From contig CM119265.1 of assembly GCA_051294375.1 (NCBI GenBank), positions 2,514,220 through 2,578,219 on the forward strand: a stretch of 64,000 nucleotides of DNA. The letters run 5' to 3'. Within the stretch, counting starts at the first letter, position 1, and the number at the start of each line of letters is the position of its first letter. The notes beneath the pieces are model-generated. The model was not told where the DNA came from. It did no database searches and saw only the letters and a list, made by a program, of their open reading frames with translations. Below are positions 49,674 to 61,600 of the stretch, piece by piece. Made by a program: the position numbers and the translations under genes. The DNA comes from Paraspadella gotoi. Its lineage: Eukaryota; Animalia; Chaetognatha.

Positions 49674-52606
49674 NNNNNNNNNNNNNNNNNNNNNNNNNNN
49701 NNNNNNNNNNNNNNNNNNNNNNNNNNNNNNNNNNNNNNNNNNNNNNNNNNNNNNNNNNNNNNNNNNNNNNNNNNNNNNNNNNNNNNNNNNNNNNNNNNNN
49801 NNNNNNNNNNNNNNNNNNNNNNNNNNNNNNNCTCTCTCTCTCTCTCTCTAGGACATGAACATCCCCCGTCTAACGGCCAACGATGTTCCCCTCTTCTCTG
49901 CTGTGATGGTTGATCTTTTTCCTGGAATCAACATCCCGACTGTCGACTACAGCAAATTTGAGGGCGCAGTTACGAAGAGTCTTAAGGTGGGTGGTAGACT
50001 TAAAATGACATTATATGGTGTTTAAGTGTTTATATATTCTGTGGCGATCAACCGGTATGAGCGGAACGTCGCCTGTAATTGGGGGCCTGCTGGTCCAGCG
50101 GCGCGCTGTNNNNNNNNNNNNNNNNNNNNNNNNNTGGGCGTCGGAGGAACAAGGAGGAAGCAGGGCGCCGCCGCTTCGGATCCAAAGCCATGCGCGGCGT
50201 CGTTGGCGTTTTCGACGTACGTGAAGCAATTTCGATTTTCATTCTGGCGAATTTCCGTGTTTTGGCGAGGCACGGGCGGTTCACCGGCGCCGGCTCGACG
50301 ATGTGGCGTTTTTACACCGCTTATTCGCGCGTTTTTTTCTCCGTAGCGGGCGGCATCCGCGTTGGGCAACGTCGAGCTAGCATCGCATACTTTTTGTAAA
50401 TTTGGAAAAAAGCAAACTTGCTTTTATCTGGAGGCTGCTGGTGTCGGCGCCTTCTTGGTGGCCCTGCTTTTGAGAGTTGGAATGCCTCGGCGGCGCCGAG
50501 CGTGGTTTTTGGTCGGGGGCGTCGGATTTGACGGCGTGACCCTCGCCGTTTGATTTTCTTCGTCAGTTAAGAATCGTCGAGTTCCGCAATCAAACGACAT
50601 GGACTATGGGCCGCGGTGGACTTTGCCAGGTGGCCTTCCCTCGGCGTCCAAAATGTTTGTCGGCCAGCTCGGAAAATTGAGACGCCGTTAATTCATCGGC
50701 GCGATCTGATTAACGTTTTTGGCTACGATAATGTTGCCAAGGGGAAGGCTGCGGAGATAATCTAGTTCCATTTTCGAATGTCATCCACGGTCACTGTTGG
50801 TGAGAAGAGACGCGTCGACCATCCTGGCCGAGCTGTTGGATGGTTTGAGGCCGTCTCGTCCCTATTTTAGCATTCCAGTAGTATCTCTGGGCCTGTCGAC
50901 GTTTGGTTCAAACACTACTCGGTCTTCAAGTAATCAATGAAATGTCCGCCCAGTTTTTCTTTTTCAGATTGGCTTCACGAATAAAAAGGCCGTTGATCTT
51001 TGGATTTTTACTGTCGACGGCTATCTTGGACTCGAGAAATAGCGGAAGCTTTGTCTTTGGGAGTTCGTAGATTCTGGTATCTTGTATATGACTGACTCGA
51101 CTCTTCTGTATCCAAGATATTCGATATTGTGTTCTTATTCGAGGACGGGGCGAGTTCGGTGTTTTTTTTATTTGTTTTTTTTTGGGTTTTTTCCGCTTTG
51201 GTTTCGCTTAAGGGTTTAACGAGCAGGGCCTCGGCGGCGGCAGAGAGCAGCGTCGAGGGCGGAGCGGAGTGGAATCACATCTTCCGTTTTGGGTCGTGCG
51301 GAGGCTTCGGCCATCGCGCGGATGATTGTTTTGGGAAAAAAATACGGGGGGCCGGAGCTGGAAACTGAAAGGAGTTGGGTCGGTTTTTCAGCTGAGGTCT
51401 GGCGTGATTGAGGCAAACTTGAGACACCTGGGAACCGTTTCTCCCCCAGGCGTTGGAGACAGGCATGCGGGGTTGTGGGAGGATGTGGTCGACCGGGATT
51501 GGCCGCGGCGTTCCGTTGACTCCTGATAACGTTTTTTTAAGCGACCATCGAAGAACGGTGATCGCGTAATGATTTGGACGGCGTCTTTTTGAAGGCGTGG
51601 TTTGGTGTTCGGTAAGACGTTGGAGCGCCTGCTTCAGAGATTGGAAAGGCGCGACGTCGATAGTCGGGCTTTTCGACCAATGTGGCGATCAACCGGGTAT
51701 GAGCTGGGAAAACGTCGGTCCACTGGGCGTCAGCTAAGAGGAAAGGCGTTGACCGGAAATGGGAGACGTTGGCGGTTAGTTCTCGTGGGCGCCGTTAGTT
51801 TAATTGTTTTATTATATAAGAAATTGTCTGCTAACAACTTGCTTTGGTTATATTATAAAGAGCAGACCTTAATAAATATAAATCAAAGCATTATAGATAT
51901 TCAGTTGCTTTTTGTCAGGCAAATAAGCAGCCTATTGAATTGAACATCTAGTATGCACATTAACTAATAGCAAAAATTAAAAGCTATTAACAGTAAATAA
52001 AAGCATCATAGCAACTTTAGTTTGTAGTTCATTTGTACCATTCTTTTTATCCTTGGAAGCAGAGAAAATGAGAATAAGAGAAATTATTTGTTTAACAATT
52101 TAGTGGAGAACATTGTTGACGATTTAGCTTAGTTGCAATCTATCTGTGTTTAATAATTGTGTTGTTCAGTTGTTGTTTAACATATAAGTAACATGCTACT
52201 CTTAAGATTAATTAGAGTTTTGTAATATCTACATTGTAATCTGCCTGGTGTAGTGCGCTATGCCAGGCTCAACATTTGTCATTTGCGCTCCCAAGGTCCC
52301 GCGTTCGAAATCTCCGGGTGTATATATGTCTTTTTGTTTATATGTTGGATTTAATTAAGGAGTTTATCTTCTCTTCTTTGTTGTCATCTTACTCTCTTGC
52401 TCTCTATTTAATTTTTGATTTCTCCTTCAATCAGGACATGGGATGGCGACCCTACATCAATTCTTGGTTGGCTCTCAAAGACAACGCAAAACTCAAAGTA
52501 ACTGAAGAAGTTAATTAATGAAAGAACGATTGAATGAATGATAAAGTGAACGTATGATTAATTAAATCATTAGAATTATCGTGAAGATTTAATCTTTCTC
52601 CTTATC

Positions 52607-52638
<32 letters not shown>

Positions 52639-55600
52639 NNNNNNNNNNNNNNNNNNNNNNNNNNNNNNNNNNNNNNNNNNNNNNNNNNNNNNNNNNNNNN
52701 NNNNNNNNNNNNNNNNNNNNNNNNNNNNNNNNNNNNNNNNNNNNNNNNNNNNNNNNNNNNNNNNNNNNNNNNNNNNNNNNNNNNNNNNNNNNNNNNNNNN
52801 NNNNNNNNNNNNNNNNNNNNNNNNNNNNNNNNNNNNNNNNNNNNNNNNNNNNNNNNNNNNNNNNNNNNNNNNNNNNNNNNNNNNNNNNNNNNNNNNNNNN
52901 NNNNNNNNNNNNNNNNNNNNNNNNNNNNNNNNNNNNNNNNNNNNNNNNNNNNNNNNNNNNNNNNNNNNNNNNNNNNNNNNNNNNNNNNNNNNNNNCGTCG
53001 TCTATGGTCGTCATTTATTTGTCTTGAACGATTTTCCTTGACTCATAACGGAGAGTTTAATGTAATTGACGACTTTTCTTTTAATCTCATTTGCATATTG
53101 TCGTGTTTAAATTAATTCGTAATACATTTTGATTCTGTTACTTAATGAAAACTAGTATTAGTTTTCTCCTTCAATTATCTTTAAAGTTTCGTAACCTGTG
53201 ACCAACTTCCCTTGTCCAGAGATCCCGACGCTTTCGCCAACATGGCCGAGCTGTGGTTCCTCTTCTCTCTCATTTGGTCGGTCGGTGCGACTCTTGACGA
53301 CATGAGTCGAAAGAAGTTCGACACGATGTTGAGAGAGCTGAACGGGCAGTTTCCTTCCAAGGTTGATTATTATGTTGATATCTGACAGTTAGAAGTTAAT
53401 AGCTAAAAACCTTGAAAACTTAAAACCTAAAAATGTTTTATTCAATAAATTATTTTTATTATTTCTTAGGATTCGATATACGAATATTACGTCGACGTTC
53501 AGGCGAACAACTGGTGAATTCCGCTTTATGTGCAATGTTTATTAATTTGTTTGTTATGCNNNNNNNNNNNNNNNNNNNNNNNNNAGGTATAATAATAATA
53601 TAGGAGGATGAAAATTCAAAAATTTTTTTTTAAATCTATAGATAAAGAAATAATAACTTTTTAATATGAGAGCTATTAGTCTTAATTTTAATACAAATAG
53701 AAAATAAATCTTTTACAAGCTGCGATTGGAAAAGAGATTGGAAATTGTCCATTGTAGAACAATGTAAACATATTAATTTTGCCTTTCTTTTATATTACTT
53801 AAATTAAATATATATATTTTATTCTTTTTTAGAAAAAACGAGTTTCAGGTCCTCTGCAGCTGAGACTGTACAAAGCGGCCCTTCACAGACAGCTGTTCCA
53901 ACTTAAGTTCTTCTCTCTGTGATCTCTCATCTGGCTGTCTCTCTCTGTGTCTCTCTCTGTGTCCTTTCATGTGACTCTCTCTGTGACTCTCTCTGTCTCT
54001 CTCATCTCTCTCTCCTCTCTGTGCTTAACGATTTACTTGCGTGAATCGTTCCGTATTTTTTTTGAATAAATTCTGATATTTTTAATAATATTAAAACAAA
54101 AATTCTGAAAAACTTTTAATTATGCCAACCATATATCCCCAAATTTACATCCGAGAGGAATTTTTGGTGATTTATTTTGAATAAAGTGAAGGTTAAATAA
54201 GACTTCTTTTACGCTCAGCAAATATTTTACGCTTGTGTTCACATATCCACAATCTCTCTACACCGGGTCTCTTACATGAAATTTTTATTAAAGAAAATAT
54301 AAATATATAAAAATAGCAAATCAGCAAAATATTTATAAGCCAAGATTTTTACATTTTTGCAGAGAACATCTTTTCATAAGTCTGGTCCAATGTTGTTTTT
54401 GATTTACGAAAAAGCCTTAATTTTTTCTTAATACACTACACTATTTGAATAAATAGGACCCTTTGGACTTGTAAATGCATATAGTGCCGAATGCATTATT
54501 TTTAACTGCATATTTATTGCCGGTTTAAATGGTTTAACTACAAAAAAAAACAAGTGTAATCACTCACGATTATCAACCGTTCCCATTAGTTGGAGGCAAG
54601 TGGATGAAGTTTGAAATGTGGTCAATTTTCTTTGTTTCATATCGAATTCAAGCTATGTTGATTTGTTTGGAGATTATCAAACTTCAATTAATAATTTACT
54701 TGCAATATGCATAAATTAGATTATAGTACTTAATTCAATAGTCAAACCCTAAGTAATATAAGTAAAACTATAATTTTATTTAGGCGACGAGTAAACGAGG
54801 CTTCCGGAGCCCTATTGCGGTATTTTTGTGCCGTCAAAAATGTTGCGAGCTTCTGTAATACAATCTCGTCTATCATCTCTCAAGGTCCTCATGGGCGCAG
54901 TCATCACTTCTCTCTCGTCTCTTTCTCTGTCAGTAATATTTCATCTACTTAATGGTTATCGTGGTTGTATCTTCTATTTGCGTGGTCGTTCGTTGGGCGG
55001 CGGAAGTAAAACTAGTCCAGCTTTCTTTCTACTCTCTCTATCACTTCAAACGATCAGATTTAAATCAGTCTCTCTACTTTCCAGGGTCCACATTCTATTA
55101 CAATACACACCTATACATCGGTACGGTTTGTTACAATAGAAACTGTACTCCTGGCGGGTGAATGCACCGGACAGTTTTTATCAATCCATCAACAGTCACT
55201 TTCCAATCATACTTTTTTCAACAATTCCTTTTTTATTACAAATCCAACACAAAAGGCCATCTCAAGCGATACCACACATTTTCTCGATGTCAAATCATGC
55301 TTATTCTCTAGTTTTTTTTGCAGGATATTTTGTCTCTTTTCCCCCGCCCACTCTCCTCTGTTCTCGATTCCTTGTTCCTTAATCTTTACTCTCATGCTCC
55401 TCTTTTTTTTTTCTATTTTTATATAAAAAATTTGTTGCTGTCGGCGGTTGTAAGATCTCTCTCTCTCCTCTCTCACCGCTCTGGTCTCAGTCGGCTTCTC
55501 TACTTGCCACGTGTCCGATGGTTACACGCAATTTCGTTTTTTGTTTTTATTTAAGACGATCGAATTATTCATCTCGCTATTTTTTTAATTTTTTCTAAAC

Positions 55601-58600
55601 ATTCTTTTAATTTTAAATTTATTTATAAGACAATTTTTACTAAATACTTCTGTTTTTGATCCTTTTTTCATTTTTTTTTTTCACTTTCTGCTAGCTCCTG
55701 GTTTTAAATTCGCTGTCGCGGACAAAAATTCAATCATCTCGTCTCCGTCTAGTTTGCTCTTATATCAAACCGTTTATTGTAACAAAAAAGTTAATATTAC
55801 ACAAAAAAATGCTCCCGAGCGCCTTCACACTGATTACCTCCACTTCTCTATCCCCCCGAGTCAAGTGAACTGACACCTCAATTCTCTCTCCGTAGTCATA
55901 TGTTTAATATTTTTTGTATTATTTCATTAATTTTATTCATAAATGTTAATTGTACCTTTATCATTTCATATTTTTTTGTTTCCTATAATTATTTTTTACA
56001 CTCACTCCCATATATTATTTTTTGATTTATTATTATTTTTACTATATTTTTTTTTGTTTCTATCTATCTTCAGTTTTCTATTTATTATTGTTATTATTTT
56101 CATATATTCTTAGTTCATTTTTTTTCTAATATTGGTTTTTTTTTTTTATTTCTTATCTTTTTTTGTTGTTCTGTTTCATATTTTATTTTTGTTTTATTCT
56201 TATTCTGCATCAATATATTTTTTTGTTTATAATTATTCATATATTTTCTTTGTTCCGATTTTTTATTTCTCTCTGGTATATATTTTTTTTTTGTTTTACT
56301 CTTTTTATTTTTTTTTAGCGAGTTTTCTACACTCACGAGGAAAGCGTGGCTGTGAAGTTTCTTAAGATTTGGACTTGTTAGAGGAAATTTTTATTTCTTT
56401 TATGCCTTATTAGAAAGGATTTTTTATAAGCAGACTTAGAAAATCTACTTTTTATTTCGGTTCTCTTCTGTTTTTATCACTTTCACGAAAATGAAAAATA
56501 AAATAACTGAATTTATATCTGCAAGTGAGTTTAAAAGCGTAGTAATCGCACCGTTCCGTACAGTGTCTTTGGGGCGGTAGTCTTTTGGGTCCGTTACGGC
56601 CGGTAGACAAAGAAAGAGATCTCTGCCATGAATTTTGCCGTTATAAAACGTCAAACCACGAGATTATTTTGTTGGCGAAGGAAGGTGACGGAGGAGAGAG
56701 GAGAGAGAGAGGAGAAGAGAGAGAGAGAGAGGAATGAGAGAGCAGAGAGAGAGAGAGAGCGAGCGAGCTACTGGCAATCAGAACTGTGTCTTTATCCTCC
56801 GGTGATCTTTTTGACACGTGCTCATCTCTGTCACTCTTCCATCTCCTCCTCTCTCTCGTCCACTAACCCATTACCAGCTTTCCCTACTCTCTCTCATTCC
56901 ACCGTGTCATCTCTCCTCCTAGGACATTACACTCCTCTCGTCTCTCTCTAGGGGATAAATTTGTAATAATCAATACGCCTCCCCGTCTAACGGCTCAACG
57001 ATGTTCCCCCATCTTATTTTCTCTGCTATTCTGTTATGATTGGTATAAAAATTATTCTATTCCCTTAAATAAGGAATCAACTATCCCGACTGTCGACTAT
57101 ACAGCAAATTTGAGGGACCGCAGTTACGGAAAAGAGTCTTTAAGGTGTTGGTGGTACGCACTTAAATGACATTATAGGTTTTGGTGTTTAAACCGTTTGT
57201 TTTATAATATTCATTTTATCTTTTTCTGTTATTATTTACGTATCCTCTAGTATTTTAGTTATTTATTTTATTATACTTTTTATTTTAAAAATTTAATTAA
57301 TTTATTAATCAATTTTATAAATATAATATAATTAAATGTTAAAAAATAAAATTCAAATTAATGGTTAATTTCCCTTCTTTCCCTCCAGGCGAACACCTTC
57401 AATCGATCCGAGCATTCATTCTTTACATCAAATAATTCTATTCCAACTTCTACGAGACTAATTTGTGGTTCTCGAGAGACATTCCTATTCATGGCTTGGT
57501 GGGAGCAGACGCAAGTCGGCAAAGGACGGTTTCGCATGGAAAATTCTTTTTGCACTTATGGTCAGAGTTAGTCCTTCTCCCTCATTTCAAACCTTCCTTA
57601 AGCCATTCATAATTCTGCCTTGCCTTTTTTCCATCTTTCTTTCTCTATTCTTCTCAATTCATAAATTTGTGGCATATTTAATGATTTTTTTTACTTTTTT
57701 GCCAGGTTCTTAATTCTTTTTCCATTCTTAAATTTTTATACTTTAAATAAAATAAAAATCCTTTCTTTTCATTCCAATTTTCCATTTCAATCAACTTTCT
57801 GTTTGTCCTTTTTTCCTAGTTTTTTTACTTCTTGCTTTTTTATTCGTCTTTCAATCAAGGAAGGACCAAAAAGCAAAAAGAAAATTCCTATCAACCCACT
57901 CGAACGCGAGAGCGGAGACGGAGGAAATACACAAAGAGAAGACCCGAGCGCATCTACCGGCACACCATAACAGAGGCGCAGGAACCAACCGAAAAGTGTG
58001 GGCGGATCACGCTGGTAGGAAGCTTAACTAACGGGGACTGTCGATCTGGCGACGAAACGAAAAATGGCGGGACGGGAGAGGTCCTTATGGGCTTCCGTCA
58101 TGAAGGTTCACGATGTCTCGACGAGTCCAGGATGTTTTAGCTACAAAGGAGGCAAACTTGGACAAAATGGAACAAACTTCCGAAGAGAGGAAAGCCCCGA
58201 GAAAAACCCCCGCCCACACAAGAACCGGACGCATGGATAGCGGTAAAAAAGGGTGAGGTTCGGTGGAGAAGGGTGAGTATTGTGTGTTGATATTATAGGG
58301 GGAAAATAAGAATTTATATTTTTTTTGGATTTGAATTTGTATCTTTTTTATCTCCTCTCTTCCTTATTCTGATGTATCTAAGATCTAGTTAGTAGTATAA
58401 TATATATAATTTATTTGAGGTGGGATAGAGAGTAGATAGAGAGGACTTAGGACAAGCAGGTATGGGATAAGGTTACACTCCCATTACTATTTATTTTAAT
58501 ATATAAAGTTACTTTAATATATTAAAGACGTACGGAATAATTGTTTAAGATTTTATGTCTTTATTTAATATATATAAATAACGAGTTAGGTAATTATCAC

Positions 58601-61600
58601 TTGTGTAATTTTAAATTTTTTTCATATTTTAAAAAATTTTTGAAAAGTATGACGTATTATCCGATGAACAAGGGCGATCATTTTCAGGTTAACACACAAA
58701 TTGCCAAGTTCAGATGCGCACTGGATGCCCAGACTAGGTTTTCTATTCTGACTATAACTCATCCCTCAGCACGTTCCGGATCGTACGATCTTTCCAGGGT
58801 TTGGATCGAAATACGATGACTCCTGTGAATCGGACCGGACCAACAAAATCAGTTGACCTTAATATAAAAACAGGTGAAAGAAAAAGAGGAAAAAAACGGA
58901 ACCATTAAAGTATCAACATGCTCTGAGAAAAAAATAAATGATAATAATAAAAAAATTTGAAAACAAAAAATTGAAAACCAACTAATAATGGAGAGACTCA
59001 CAAAGATCTGTACCGCAAGGCCTATACAGCGGAACGCCGGCCACACATACAGCCTAAGGGTATGTTTTAATTTATGTTTCGATTAGGACGCGGAGTGGGT
59101 TTACCCTTGGGTATTTTATACATAGGTTTTTTGGGTTATTATTTTTGGAATTTTTGGATTTGTATCTTGTTGGGTTTTTTTCGTTTTGGTCTCGGAAATT
59201 TGTGTGTTATCTTGTTGTACAAAATAGTCACTGAACTTTTAAAAAAAAGATTCGCTGAATTTTTGCCATAGTGACGCACCAGAATCGAACCTGGGTCGTC
59301 GCGGCACAACGCGAAGTACTAAACCCATATACTATCACGGACTCGGTTATTTTTGCTTAGTTGTCTCTGTCATCTTACTCCTCTTGCGTCTCTATATTAA
59401 TTTTTTTGAATTATCTCCTTCAATCCAGGACAATGGGATGGCGACCCTACATCAATTATTGGTTGGCTCTCCAAAGACAAACGACAAAAACACCCAAAGT
59501 AACTGAAGAAGTTTAATTAATAAAGAAACGAATTGAATGAAATGATAAAGTAGAACCGATAGATAATTAATATAATAGAATCAATTATCGTGAAGATTTC
59601 ATCTTTCTCCTTATCTCATCTCTCTCTCTCTCAATCGCTCTCTCCATCGTCGGATCTCCTCCAATCTGTCCGTCCTCTCTATCCTCTCTTCCCTACCTCT
59701 CTCTCTCCCAACCCCTTTCTTCTCTCTACCTACACACACACAACAATATACGAACAACATCGTTCATACCATATCGCCGAACGACTTTTGCGAGCGATAT
59801 CTCCGCGTCTATTGTCTCGAGTACAAGAGTATTGGCACTTGTTATCCGTATGTTGAATCCCTCGGCTGAGCTGACCGCGATCAAGAGGTCTTTGCTCTCT
59901 CTTTGACAGTTTGGCCACCAAAGATAAAACGGGATTGGACGCCCAACAGGTTGGCTCGTTGCGGGGGGTGGGGGCGGGGGGGCGTTCGCAACCAGGGGTT
60001 TCGTGTTCGCTTTCTGGTCGTACATTTGATTTCGTTCTTTTGAACTGATTTTCCTTTGTATCTCATAACTCGAAACGTTTAAGCGTAATTGACAGACTTT
60101 TTTTTTAAATTCTCTATTTGCATATTGTCGTGTTTAAATTAATAATTCGTAATACCATTTTAGATCATAGTTACTTAATGAAAAATAAGTAATTAGTTCC
60201 CTAGTCTCGCGACTTCAATTTATTCTTTAAAATTTCGTACCGTGACAACAACATTCGCCCTTGCTCCACAGAAGGGATCCGGACAAAGAAAAATGATAAA
60301 CGCATTCGCCACAACGATGAGCCAGAGCTCTTCTGGCTTTTTAAACTTATCTCAATCTTAATCTCATCACTTGGGAAAACAAAAAATACATTCAAGGGAA
60401 TTCAGGATGCGAAAAAAATCTCATATAGAACGAAAAGAAAAACATGAGATCCGAAAGAAGTTTCGACCGACGTGTTTGAGATACGAGCTGACCAAACGGG
60501 CAGATTTTTCCCTTCCAAGGTTGAATTATTAATGCTGAATAATCTGAACAGATTTTAGCGAAGTTAATAGCTAAAAACCTTCGAAAACTCTAAAAACCTC
60601 CAATTGTTTTATTCATAAAATTATTATTATTATTTCTTAGGATTCGATTATACGAATATTAATCGCTCGACGTCCGAAGGCGAACAACTGGTGAATTCCG
60701 CTTTATGTGCAATGTTATTAATTGTTTTGTTATGCCTTGTTTATAAATATTTTGTTTATTATAGGGTATCCGTGGGAGGAAAAGCTTTAAGAGTGGTTGG
60801 GCGTTTTCAAACCCGGATCTTCCTTTTAATATAAAATCATTGTGCGCGACCGTTTCGAGACACAGTGCGTTTAACGATACGTCTTGGTCATCTCAGGTGA
60901 CATTTTGGATAAGAAAGAATAAAAAGAAATAACACGACAATTAAGATTTTGTAAATGCCTGTAACCCAGGAAGAGTCTGAACCTGGTGTCGCGCGCCCAC
61001 CACGCGAAAGTACTTAAAACCGCTAATATAAACTAAATTACCGCGGCTCACATACCCTCGACTGACGGCCATTTAATCTTCCAAGACTCTTACGAAACAC
61101 CCTGTGCTGATTGTGGGCCCCCAATCGGGACGTTAGGCTAAAGACACCGAAGCGTGGCCTCCGAGCCCTCGGGCCTTTCCCAAGCTGGAGCCCCCCATGG
61201 GAGTGACAGCGGGTGCTCCGTCGTCAAACATGCATGTCCGGCTCAAGATCGAGTTCGAAAAAATGTTTCAGGACATACAATATTTTGAGGGAAAACACGG
61301 AGAAAAAGATCAAGGGTGAGAAAAAATAAGAGAATCAAAGAAAGGGAAGTAAAATACAAGATATCAAAGAACAGAAAAACGGGTAAATTATGAAAAATAT
61401 TAACGCGTTAATAAGAAACGGCCACATTGTATTTTTTAATCTTGAATTACTCGCGCCATGCGGGGATCGATACATTCGAGAACCCCCGGCCGTGGCGGGT
61501 GAAAGCGCACAAATCCTAACTCACCTAAAGACCACATGGGACCACGCTTTTCTTTGCTGTTTCAATCGTTGTAACAGAACATAAACGCGCAGCGTTGATT

